This document shows positions 28,886 to 38,900 of a DNA stretch of 64,000 nucleotides, piece by piece. The notes under the pieces were generated by a model. The model was not told the origin of the DNA. It saw only the letters and a list, made by a program, of their open reading frames with translations, and did no database searches. A program made the position numbers and the translations under genes. The stretch's first letter is position 1; each line of letters begins with the position of its first letter. This stretch comes from an uncultured bacterium (GTDB taxonomy: Bacteria > Electryoneota > AABM5-125-24 > Hatepunaeales > Hatepunaeaceae), in contig CAZVKN010000016.1 of NCBI GenBank assembly GCA_964627035.1, positions 5,615 to 69,614 on the forward strand. Direction: 5' to 3'.

Positions 28886-29821
28886 TTGTACTTTCCCATT
28901 TCCGGGGTAGAAATATCACCCTGGCTGCCTCCTCTCGTAGCCTTTATCATCTCGTTTGTCTGCTCTACTGCCGGAGTCACAGGCGCATTTCTTTTAATGC
29001 CTTTTCAGATCAGCTTACTCGGTTTCGCCGGTCCTGCTGCTTCTGCGACCAATCTCTTGTATAATATCTTTTCCAGCCCTGGTGCAGTCTTCAAGTATTG
29101 GCGCAACAACCAGATGCTGTGGCAATTAGTCCTGGTGCTGATTGCCGGAACCGTCCCTGGGATGATCATCGGCATATTTGTCCGCATCCATCTTATGCCG
29201 GATCCGACCTATTTTAAGCTGTTTGTCGGTATTGTATTGCTGCTTTTGGGATTTCAACTGCTTGTGCGCACATGGATAGCCGAAGAAACAAGTAATAATA
29301 AATCTGATTCCTCAAGATTCATCAAACCGGAAGTAGTACGTTTTGACATGCAGCGATTGGAATACCGATTCAACGGTGATATTCACGGATTCAATGTCAG
29401 AACCGTAGCACTGGTTTCCTTTCTCGTTGGAATTATAGGTGGAACTTACGGAATCGGAGGCGGATCAATAACCGCATCTTTCCTCGTCGGGATCTGCGGA
29501 TTACCAATTTACACCACGGCAGGCGCAACCATCACTGCGACATTCATTGCATCAATAATCGGTGTTATCGGTTACTGGGCGGTATCCCCGATATATGCTC
29601 AATCAGGGATAGCCACATCACCTGATTGGCTGCTGGGGCTGTTTTTCGGAGCTGGCGGTCTGGCTGGCATGTATCTTGGAGCAAAGATCCAGCGGTTCAT
29701 TCCGGCAAAGTTTATCCGCACTCTGCTCGGAGTGCTTCTGCTTGGAATCTCACTGAAATATATTTTTGGGTTTTATAGATTCGTGTTGGAGTGGTTTTCT
29801 ACTACTGCTAATGCAATGTAG
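28886..29821 (+). CDS. TauE/SafE (TSUP) family transporter
   Basis: GVTGAFLLMPFQ, ATNLLYN, GIGGGS, PDWLLG; multiple TM helices. Confidence 0.88.
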   Translation: MYFPISGVEISPWLPPLVAFIISFVCSTAGVTGAFLLMPFQISLLGFAGPAASATNLLYNIFSSPGAVFKYWRNNQMLWQLVLVLIAGTVPGMIIGIFVRIHLMPDPTYFKLFVGIVLLLLGFQLLVRTWIAEETSNNKSDSSRFIKPEVVRFDMQRLEYRFNGDIHGFNVRTVALVSFLVGIIGGTYGIGGGSITASFLVGICGLPIYTTAGATITATFIASIIGVIGYWAVSPIYAQSGIATSPDWLLGLFFGAGGLAGMYLGAKIQRFIPAKFIRTLLGVLLLGISLKYIFGFYRFVLEWFSTTANAM

Positions 29822-29840
29822 GAAGACTGATAATAAATAC

Positions 29841-29932
29841 ATCCGCTGTCAACCCGCCGCGATTAGTAGCTCAATTTATGTAATATCAATATGATGGCTG
29901 TCAGGTGCGGCGACCTGACAGCGAACAGACTG
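29841..29932 (+). repeat. Degenerate copy of the CTGTCA double-hairpin MITE family
   Basis: GCTGTCAGGTGCGGCGACCTGACAGC hairpin, spacer and CAGACTG end shared with 31707-31837 and 46373-46480. Confidence 0.75.
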
Positions 29933-29947
29933 CTTCGTTTCTAAGCA

Positions 29948-30661
29948 TCATCGAATAGAAAATTCAACCATCATCCCATCACCTCGCTGCGTCGGAAAAA
30001 CTGATAAAGCATTCTCCTCAACAGGTAAATGCGTCGCATCAATCGCTGAGGCAAGATGATTGAGAATTAATCCGCCGATCATAAATATCGCAATCTGACC
30101 TGCTTTATCTGATGCAATCCGCATTGACTTGAAATGTGCCCGATTTGCATCGTTGTCCCAATGCCACTCATCATCCGGATTATTGTACACAGATTCAAAG
30201 TCACGGTCTCTGATCCGCTGCTCGTTAAACAGATCACGGTTCATCCAATTACCGATGTCAACATAGAACTGATGCGGGTGACCTCCGGTTATTCCGGCAT
30301 GTTGATTTGCAAAGGTGGTGTAGTCATCCTTTAACCAACCGCTGTACTGACGATACCCAATGTATCCGGCAATCAGCGCAACCTCTGCTCCCATGAAGAA
30401 ATATCCGCGAGTCTCTCTGCCTGTGGTAATCTGTCCCCAACCCGGCAGTAGGATTGATCTGCGGAATGCAGCTCCGCGGTCTTTCCGGGTGTAAGTCTTA
30501 CCTTCAACAGATGCAGCATCCTTTACTGATTGCCATTGGATTTCGGATGCGAGACTATGATCTTGGTAGGGGCGTGATTCATCACGCCCGTCGGCAGTAG
30601 CATCCTGTGCAAATCCGATGCACACCGATAGAATCACCCCCCATGCAATTATCCTCACCAT
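29948..30661 (-). CDS. Exported/membrane hypothetical protein (DUF5683-like N-terminal motif)
   Basis: Signal peptide; RSILLPGWGQ...YFFMGAE; LNHLASAIDA. Confidence 0.7.
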   Translation of the reverse strand: MVRIIAWGVILSVCIGFAQDATADGRDESRPYQDHSLASEIQWQSVKDAASVEGKTYTRKDRGAAFRRSILLPGWGQITTGRETRGYFFMGAEVALIAGYIGYRQYSGWLKDDYTTFANQHAGITGGHPHQFYVDIGNWMNRDLFNEQRIRDRDFESVYNNPDDEWHWDNDANRAHFKSMRIASDKAGQIAIFMIGGLILNHLASAIDATHLPVEENALSVFPTQRGDGMMVEFSIR

Positions 30662-31590
30662 CTGACGTTCAGTCCTCCGACCGCCATCGGCTTTCCGTCA
30701 AAATTTATAGCACGAAAACCGAGTTTAGCTTCTGCCGAGCGCTTCATCCCTCTGACTATGAAGCTTGCATCGAGTGCAGATGCCACATGGTTCAGCAGTG
30801 CGACCTGCGTTGCAATCGCCGAGTAGTCCAGCAGTTGATTGGAATCGTAGCGCATGTCCATGTAGTGTGCTGAGCGCGCTGCCACACCATGCAGGTTATC
30901 GTAGTATGGCGTTCCAGCATCATCACCGCGGTAGTTACCAGGAAAGTTGGGGTCAAATACATCATCCCACCCCCAGCCGAATTGGTTAATATACTTTCCA
31001 ATCATCTCGTAGTATTGCTGATCCTCGCTAGCGCTGGCATTTCTCTCCTGTTTGGTTGGGAGCTTGTGGGTAAAACCCTGATCCGGCAGGAATTGAATTC
31101 TGTCACCCCAGTCAAGTGCTTCCCACTGCTCCCGGGTGCCGTCATAAACTTCGCTGTCCGCAGAGCCGATTGCCCGCGCCCATTCCACATCACGGTATAT
31201 ATCTGCGTCAAAGTGTTCATCGGCATACTCTTTGAACTCCTTGTCCTTATCCTGACCCGCGTTGTAATAGTAAATCACGGCTGACCAGGCAGCTACCTCA
31301 ATACCGAAGAACAGCGCCGCTCTCCATTTGCTTCCGGCATAATACTCACCTGCACCGGGGAGAATGGCTGATAGCAGTAGCGCTTTACCGGGATTTAGCT
31401 CACCGGGATCAGTTTGCGCCTGAACGTCCAATTTGTCATTTGCTGCTCCGGAAAATCCGGATCTCATAATCTCGATCACTGCATTGTCAGCCGGAAACAA
31501 CATGTCAGTCAGGCTGTCATCCGTGCCTCGTGCGAATGCTGATCCGACAGTCAATGCCAGTAACGTTGCTATTATAATAAGTTTATACAT
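30655..31590 (-). CDS. Exported/membrane hypothetical protein, paralog of the neighbour
   Basis: Signal peptide; SAILPGAGEYY...LFFGIE; QQYYEMIGKY; LNHVASALDA; C-terminal GLNVRW. Confidence 0.75.
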   Translation of the reverse strand: MYKLIIIATLLALTVGSAFARGTDDSLTDMLFPADNAVIEIMRSGFSGAANDKLDVQAQTDPGELNPGKALLLSAILPGAGEYYAGSKWRAALFFGIEVAAWSAVIYYYNAGQDKDKEFKEYADEHFDADIYRDVEWARAIGSADSEVYDGTREQWEALDWGDRIQFLPDQGFTHKLPTKQERNASASEDQQYYEMIGKYINQFGWGWDDVFDPNFPGNYRGDDAGTPYYDNLHGVAARSAHYMDMRYDSNQLLDYSAIATQVALLNHVASALDASFIVRGMKRSAEAKLGFRAINFDGKPMAVGGLNVRW

Positions 31591-31690
31591 TTATCCTCCG
31601 AAAAGTTGTATAGTATTCGAGTTTGCTAGTTGACAAGCTTTCAGGTTCTCAAGTTTGAACAAATGATAGAATCTGAAATGGCTCAAATCT

Positions 31691-31891
31691 GTCATTCCGG
31701 ACTTGACAGTCTGTCCGAGAATGTAGATAACCCGCTGTCAGGTCGCCGCACCTGACAGCCACATTATTGATACTACTTAAGTTACGCTGTCAACCACGGC
31801 GGGTTGACAGCGGATATTCGTATTCTCGGACAGACTGCTTGATCCGGAATCTCCTGCTGAAACTGGAGATTCCTGCCTTCGCAGGAATGAC
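31691..31891. repeat. RPE-like palindrome interrupted by a MITE
   Basis: GTCATTCCGGACTTGA[insert]TCCGGAATCTCC...GGAGATTCCTGCCTTCGCAGGAATGAC. Confidence 0.8.
31707..31837. mobile_element. 131-bp MITE with 16-bp perfect TIRs and 5-bp TSD
   Basis: CAGTCTGTCCGAGAAT / ATTCTCGGACAGACTG, flanked by CTTGA at 31702-31706 and 31838-31842. Confidence 0.88.
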
Positions 31892-31959
31892 AATTGACTC
31901 ATAACATCCCCACTTCTTAAACTTGCATACTCGTCAACTTGCTAACTTGCAAACTTGTT

Positions 31960-34900
31960 TTATATAAAATCAAACAGTACCGTAACATACCAACGCCACT
32001 CCTTTCCGTAGGAATGCGCTGTGTTGGTGATGTCGTCTGTTACAGTGAACCTGTCCAGTCCGTACGCTCCTGTAAGTTGGATGTCGGTCGGGAATCCGTA
32101 CCATGAGAATAGCTTGAGTCTCAGCTCCGCACCGACATCACGCTTGAGGTTGCCGAAGTCAATATCACCGACCCATGCATCCCCCGCTTCGGCAAACAGT
32201 CCACCGTGTACCCTATCGAAATAAAACGGACCTACTCTCTTATCAATTTCTGATAGGATCGGGAATCTTAGTGTCAGCCGCCCGACTGCCTTCTTCGTTC
32301 CTCCGAGGCTGTAGAAGCTGTATCCTCGCATACCAATCAGACCACCTCCATACAGGTGAAAGAATGAATCGGCACTGTTGTCCGAGATCCAGCCACCGAT
32401 GAAGCGCGGATTCAGAGTTAATCCTTTGGACAGCTCATGGTGATAGTCAATATCCGTCTCAATTCGATGGTATTTATACCGTTCAAAAACTTCCTGAATG
32501 GTTCCCTTTTCAGCTTCAACCTCGAATCCTTCAATGAACTGATTGTTCTCGTAAGCATACTCGATCCATCCCCGATAGCCACCTTTCGGTTGAATATCCG
32601 ATCCGACCGATGGAGTGCGGAGATCACCGTTAAGCCTGAGGAGGAAGCCCTGACCGATGAAATAGGTGTAGTCAAAGCTGCCACCGTCATCAAAGTGCAT
32701 GGCTGATTTGTACGTTGATCGCCTGAATATAGCTGTACCGATAAGGTCATCAGAGACAGGTATCCTCGCCCCGATATTAAACTCGGTCAGATTGAAGCGG
32801 TAATCAATCGAATAGGTGTCGTAAATCGGTACTGCAAGTGAGTCTCCATCAGGCGACGGCTCATATCGCACATCCACGATCACAAACGAATCCGCAAAAG
32901 TCTGATCATTGAACCTGCCGATGTTAAACGCCTCGATATACATAGTCGGTTTCAGGATTCGATACTCAAGCATGGCATACAGGTCACGCTCTCCGGCAAA
33001 ATTCATGGATGCAGCACCGAACAGGTTCATCTTTTCGAGCATATCGTTCGTGTAGAAATATGCGCCCGGTTTGAATTTGCCGTAATCCCATGCCACTCGC
33101 GGCAACACAGATAACTTATTGAACGGTGACGGATACTGCACTGCCTCGCTGTCAACCATTGGAGGTGGTGTCAGCTCGAAATAGTCACGCTGCTCAAAGG
33201 GCAGATATTCCGTTAATGCTTCTTCAACCGGAACAACATCTTCCATAATTCTGACACTATAACCCGCAGAGGTGAATTCGCTGTACGCAAGCTTGTCATC
33301 TAACGAAAGACTCGGCATGAATGCCCCTCCGAGGACGTTTGTGACAGCTTCTTCTTCACCGGATGTCAAGTCCCTTCGGTAGATGTTAAAGATTCCGGTA
33401 CGATCATCTGACCAGTATAAAGTCTTACCGTCAGAAGAAAAGACCGGATCGCGCTCATCTGCTTTTGTGGCTATGAACGGTTCCCAGGTTTCACTCTTCA
33501 GCTCAAAACGATATATGTCGCGCGGTCCGAGATTGCCTGTGGAACAGTAAATGTATTTTCCATCCGGTGAAAAAATCGGACGAAAAACCTGCTGTCCGTT
33601 GTTAAATTCTGTGAGAAGCCGGGCTTTCAGATCAAGTGACTCACTTTCCCGCTTCAGGAAACTAAAAGGATCAAATCCGTCACCTTTTGATTTGGTCAAG
33701 CTATCCGGTAGATCAACTATCGCTAGATTATGTGTACCGTCAGAATTGTAAATTGCTACAAGCTGTTTTCCGTCAGGTGAATACGATGGCATCGCCAACC
33801 GTGCATCGGTAGTCAGACGGATCGCCTCCTCATTTTCAAAATCCCAAAGATACAGATCCTCAAAGTGTGAGCCGTCTCTGTTGGGCTTGTTTATGCTCGC
33901 ATAAGCGAGATATTTGCCACCGGTGGACGGATCAACAACCCGTCTGGGTATTCTAAGTTGTCCACCACTATCCATCACCTGTGGGACAAGCTTTTTCCGG
34001 TCAAACATCCACTTCTGCTCAGGAGGTGACCATGACACATACCCCTTAGCAGGAACTTTATTCTCTATCAGACTGTCTTTCTCAACATCATACAGATACA
34101 GCTTTGACAGCGACATGTAGTCCTTGCCCTTGTTGGACATGAATGCGATCTGCCCGCCATCCGGCGAGAACATTGGATATAGGTTTGCAAATCCCTCGTC
34201 ACAAATAACTTCGCCACTGCGGATATTGCCGCGAATTGTCGTAGTATTCTTATGGTATTCGGTGGTGATCTCGTTTGCCCAATTGGCGTACAGTTCCTTG
34301 CCTGAAAGATGTAATACTTTTCGACATGCCTGATTGAATGTAATGCTGAACGGTTTGGACATATAATCCGTGAGTTCGGAGAGCTTGTGTTGACCCCATT
34401 TATCCGAAATATACCGCACTAACGCATAACCGTGATTGTACACCGACTCAGAACCGTAAGAACTTTTCCCGAATACTCCCATCTGATTCCAGCTTAACAA
34501 TTTTCCGTCCAAAGCCCTCGACCTCAGGATCATATCACGGTGTGCATCCCACCAATCGTATCCGAGTCCTTTGACCATGTATTGAGCGGTTCCTTCCGCA
34601 AACCACATCGGCATCACGGTTCCTATGGTGGGCCATGACATGATTCGGTTAGGATAGCCGTACAGCACATCTGGGCGTTTCTCAGGTTCATAGTCTATGT
34701 ATTGAAAGTAAACACCCGGCATCCATCGTGGGGCTTTCCGTGCTGCACCCAGTTGAATCATGTGCGTGAACTCATGGGTTATCACATCGTACAGCCAGTG
34801 GTGAGTACCACGCAGCTCAAAGTCCAGCGGTGTTGCCCAGATCACTATCTTATTGTCATAGTAATATGTCGCACCGTTCGCATAATCATCATGGTCACGT

Positions 34901-35160
34901 ATTATCCAGTGCACTTTGGTATCCGGTTCATAGCCATACAGGTCAGTAATCGGCTTATACACCGACTCGGATATTCCGGCGATTGTTCGCGCAGTTCTTT
35001 CCGAACCTTGATGGAAGTGTATAGAGAAGTGCTCGGTCTCAATGGTCTTCCACTTAAGCTCGGGGTGGTTGTATTGGCGGAACTGAGCTTGCACTATTAC
35101 AGGAACTAACCACAGTACCAAGTAGAGTAAGTATATTATATTTGTTTTATGTCTATGCAA
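31960..35160 (-). CDS. Gluzincin peptidase + PD40/TolB propeller + Omp85-like barrel protein
   Basis: HEFTH and WFAEG; FSPDG/YSPDG repeats; MRGYSFY, DVGAELR and aromatic C-terminus; start uncertain (TTG). Confidence 0.8.
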   Translation of the reverse strand: MHRHKTNIIYLLYLVLWLVPVIVQAQFRQYNHPELKWKTIETEHFSIHFHQGSERTARTIAGISESVYKPITDLYGYEPDTKVHWIIRDHDDYANGATYYYDNKIVIWATPLDFELRGTHHWLYDVITHEFTHMIQLGAARKAPRWMPGVYFQYIDYEPEKRPDVLYGYPNRIMSWPTIGTVMPMWFAEGTAQYMVKGLGYDWWDAHRDMILRSRALDGKLLSWNQMGVFGKSSYGSESVYNHGYALVRYISDKWGQHKLSELTDYMSKPFSITFNQACRKVLHLSGKELYANWANEITTEYHKNTTTIRGNIRSGEVICDEGFANLYPMFSPDGGQIAFMSNKGKDYMSLSKLYLYDVEKDSLIENKVPAKGYVSWSPPEQKWMFDRKKLVPQVMDSGGQLRIPRRVVDPSTGGKYLAYASINKPNRDGSHFEDLYLWDFENEEAIRLTTDARLAMPSYSPDGKQLVAIYNSDGTHNLAIVDLPDSLTKSKGDGFDPFSFLKRESESLDLKARLLTEFNNGQQVFRPIFSPDGKYIYCSTGNLGPRDIYRFELKSETWEPFIATKADERDPVFSSDGKTLYWSDDRTGIFNIYRRDLTSGEEEAVTNVLGGAFMPSLSLDDKLAYSEFTSAGYSVRIMEDVVPVEEALTEYLPFEQRDYFELTPPPMVDSEAVQYPSPFNKLSVLPRVAWDYGKFKPGAYFYTNDMLEKMNLFGAASMNFAGERDLYAMLEYRILKPTMYIEAFNIGRFNDQTFADSFVIVDVRYEPSPDGDSLAVPIYDTYSIDYRFNLTEFNIGARIPVSDDLIGTAIFRRSTYKSAMHFDDGGSFDYTYFIGQGFLLRLNGDLRTPSVGSDIQPKGGYRGWIEYAYENNQFIEGFEVEAEKGTIQEVFERYKYHRIETDIDYHHELSKGLTLNPRFIGGWISDNSADSFFHLYGGGLIGMRGYSFYSLGGTKKAVGRLTLRFPILSEIDKRVGPFYFDRVHGGLFAEAGDAWVGDIDFGNLKRDVGAELRLKLFSWYGFPTDIQLTGAYGLDRFTVTDDITNTAHSYGKEWRWYVTVLFDFI

Positions 35161-35179
35161 ACGTTGTTTCCGATGGTAT

Positions 35180-35353
35180 TCATCTCACTCCTTCTTCAGC
35201 GCGAACTTGTAAGATTAATTCAATTGCATCTTTCAGATTCTGACGACACTCTTCCAATGTTAACCCTTGCCCATTAGCTCCCGGAACTTCCGGACAATAG
35301 CCGATGTAGTATTTCTCACCACGCTCAAATATCATATGAAAATCTAATGACAT
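35180..35353 (-). CDS. HicB-family antitoxin, 57 aa, probably truncated
   Basis: Not in the ORF track; translates MSLDFHMIFERGEKYYIGYCPEVPGANGQGLTLEECRQNLKDAIELIL; SD GAGGT. Confidence 0.8.
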   Translation of the reverse strand: MSLDFHMIFERGEKYYIGYCPEVPGANGQGLTLEECRQNLKDAIELILQVRAEEGVR

Positions 35354-35367
35354 ATTTACCTCAACTA

Positions 35368-35607
35368 TTATGCATAAGCGCTAATCACTTCAATTTGTCG
35401 CTTGTTACGCTTAGCATCTTCTACTATCCGTTCTAAGTTACCGGCAGTCTCATTATCAAACAGAGACCCACCACACTTATCGCAAATTGATGCTGGAACA
35501 TCTCGCACTACAACAATCCCTTCCCCAAAATCAGCCGCAAACAGGGTAGTACCTGGACTTCGATTACCACCACATACCGGGCATAAACCATATTCGTTTT
35601 CACTCAT
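35368..35607 (-). CDS. YgiT-type zinc finger (MqsA-like) protein
   Basis: CPVCGG...VVVRDVPASICDKCG. Confidence 0.88.
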   Translation of the reverse strand: MSENEYGLCPVCGGNRSPGTTLFAADFGEGIVVVRDVPASICDKCGGSLFDNETAGNLERIVEDAKRNKRQIEVISAYA

Positions 35608-35942
35608 CAGTTTCTCCTCTGCCTAAAATCTGTACTAAAATTGATTGTATCAGGTTCATAAATTGTGATGATATATATCCATGCTTTCGTTTCATCATAA
35701 GATGCCACTACGTGTAATGGTCTATTTTCTACCGTTTTGAAAAACAAACCACTGGGGAATGGTGTGTCATCATCATAAACTTCAATACACTCACCACCCA
35801 ACAGCACCTCTATTACTTCGTCTCGAAATACATTTCTTTCAATCATACGGATCATAGCATGATCTTGCCAGGTGTATCTTTTGTTAATGATAGTTTCAGA
35901 CCATTTAGCACTTCTAAAGTAATCCGTAATACTTCTTTTCAT
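35607..35942 (-). CDS. DUF4258-family protein (putative toxin)
   Basis: HAMIRMIER, EVYDDDTPFPS, RPLHVV, ITIYEPD. Confidence 0.85.
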   Translation of the reverse strand: MKRSITDYFRSAKWSETIINKRYTWQDHAMIRMIERNVFRDEVIEVLLGGECIEVYDDDTPFPSGLFFKTVENRPLHVVASYDETKAWIYIITIYEPDTINFSTDFRQRRN

Positions 35943-38900
35943 TTCACCACCGCAATCTTAACAATCTTACTCTCCGTCCGACCATTCCCTTTCGCTTCAA
36001 CTACAGCGAGATATCCGCCTCGAGCAATGGACTTCGTGTTCCATGGAATTTCGTGATGCTGACCTGCTGTTCCGTCACCGTGCAGTGTCGTAACCCGCTG
36101 CCCGGTAATATCAAAGATGTCCACTTTGACCGTAGCGTCAAAGTTCAGGAAGTACCGGATAGCGGTTGATTCACGAGCCGGATTGGGCCAATTGTAGCAT
36201 AAGTTGTCCGGCATAATCGGATCGGATGATGTTGCTGAATGTGGTTGTGCAGGCTCCCATACTGCGTTACGGTTTTGTTTATCGCGGTATTCACTGCCCC
36301 ACCAGATTGTTGGGTTGGTGGCGGGGATTTCGATTACTTCAACCGAATTCTCCCCTATATATACGCATTCGATAGCTGGATCATCATCCAATTGACATAG
36401 TGTATGATTTAATGAAATCGGATAATAATCTAACGGAAAATCATCTATCCGAGTCCCATCGTTGTGAAAGCCGTCTAACCATGAATCTCCACCCGAAGCA
36501 CGTATTACATTTGGTTCACCCGGTTCTGTGAAATCAATTTTCCAAGTACGAGACATAGCTAATAAATACTCATTCCACCCATCACCGTCAAGATCAACAA
36601 CTAATTTACAATTCCAAATCTCAGGTGGATATCCGATCCCTGATAACAATGGTGGAACTATTGGAAATCCTTCGCTCAATACGCCGTTGACCTCACCAGC
36701 TATTAAATATCTGGGATCATAATGATCATCATTACCTACATTCGCAATTCCGTCATCAATCCCTAATATCTCATACTGTCCGTCTCTATCCACATCGACC
36801 GGCAATGCCTCATTACCAATCATATCGTAAATAAGATCAGAAACATAATTGACAGAATCGGTTAATCCATTTACGGCAATATCTTTTATTATTAAATGTT
36901 CATTACAGATAAAATCCTGTTTCCCTGATCCGTCAAAATCTGCTAACACAGGTGAATAGACATAATGGTTAAACGAATCATCCAAAAGAATCTCATCATC
37001 ATGAATAATTTTAACCTCGCCAAGGCGAGCACTGACAGTCAAAAAAGTGTCGGAATATGCACTACCAAGTAAAAAGGAATATCCTGACCACCGCCCTATA
37101 TGATGCTCCCCAATCAAAGATAAATCATTGTCATAAATGAGGTAAGACATATTATCTCTTTCATTAATGACGACGAATACCTTATGATTATCCACTGTTC
37201 CACCAATTATCATAAACCCATTCACGGAAAGTGAATGTGAATAAGTGCTGATGTCATAAACACTTTCCAAAGTATAACCATCATTATCAGACAAGATTGC
37301 AACCACTCGCCACTGATCGTCTGTTCCTTTCAGGAATGTTACCACATCGTCTCGTCCGTCTCCATTTAGATCGGCAGCAGCTGGAGAGCTAAAGTATGAT
37401 CCACTCGGTAATTGAAACAGGATACTATCTTGAAAAGCATGAATAATCGTGCCATCACCATCTATAACCGTTACATTTCTATCGAAACCAAAAAACATTA
37501 TCTCATCGTAAGGATCATCATCAAAGTTGCCAACAATGAATTGATAATCCCAGAATAGGTCGTTTAACGCAACTTCAACCGGAAACCCTTCTTGTACATA
37601 TGGAGACTGCGACCAACTAAACGTCATCACCGTACCACGCAATGAAAAATCATCAATAGTAATATGCGTTGACGCACCGGAATTGGCTTTACTGTCGGGA
37701 TAACTGTCATTATTGAAACGCACACGATAGCTATTCGCTTTACGATGAGCTTTGTTATCCGAATACCAAGCATCCTCAAATACACCATAATCCGTACCGT
37801 ATCCGGGTGTTAAAAATGCGTAATCTTGACCGATGTCCTGTGCACCGTCAGCTTCCTCAATATCCAATCCACGACGGTCGTTTTGGCTGTTGAACCGTTT
37901 CTCACGCAATAGCGGATACAACGCTTCATCAACATGCCAGATCAGAATCCCCGATCCGGGAGAGTCAAAGTCAAGATTGTCAATCCGTACCGGAACCCGG
38001 AATCCGTCATCCGCTTCAACCGTATAGTCTTCTTTGAAGATCATCCTGCGACCATCGCGGTCATACGCAACCGCAATAGAATCACCTTCAGGATCACGGT
38101 TACGATTCTCAATCAGGAAATACTCACTCGGTGAGATTACTATCTTACCTACTCGGATAGTATCAGAGGTAGTATCAGGATGCGCAAATCCTCTCGCAGT
38201 AATTGTCCATTGTTTGGGAGATAATTCGGTTGGTGTGATCCATCCTTTATACATCCGAGACCACACATCCAATTCAGCCGGAATCGCTCCGTAAAAATTG
38301 CCGAACCCGCGATCCATCAAGCTCCATTTACCGACTACCGCTTGACCGTCATCAGAATCATACAGCCCCGGTAACCCTAACGTATGCCCGAACAGTGAGC
38401 ACAACACTCCCAGCATAGAAATCTGAATATCATCGTGAGATTCGGTTTCAGGCAATATCAATCCAGCCTCCACATAGCTACTATCACCATTATCAACCAC
38501 CAATATCCCATCATCAAGTCCAAGCTGACTGCTAAAATCCTCCTTAACCATCCACGCCGAAGGAAGATCATGCGGTGTCAGTGTGAAACCTACGTCAAAT
38601 TCCTTACCGGCTCCCGCATGAAATATCATCACAAGATCATAATCATTCCAAATGATAGCATCATCCTGATCCGCCGCCTGAACCGCATCACGAAACAGCT
38701 CCGCCAATCCACGGTCTAACTGCTCATCACTGTAGTTGTAATTGTACTGCCACATCTGTTTAGGGAGTTGATACGCCGCTTGCATTCCAGACGGAAATAT
38801 GTCCCACGACAGTTCAACCGCACCGTTAGACATCTCATCCCAATAAAACTGCAGGAACTCCAGATTATCAGCAAAATACAGCGAGTCGTGAGGCGGAGGA

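Noticed and set aside
19024-30589. Shared GRDES peptide in two exported proteins as a processing motif
   Set aside because: The copy at 30575-30589 is the translation of a REP palindrome and the other is not palindromic, so the match is likely coincidence
35180-35182. TGA recoded as Gly or Sec
   Set aside because: TGA ends genes at their expected termini (folP, porV, mraY, the 16381 CTD protein); no Cys-equivalent position or SECIS seen
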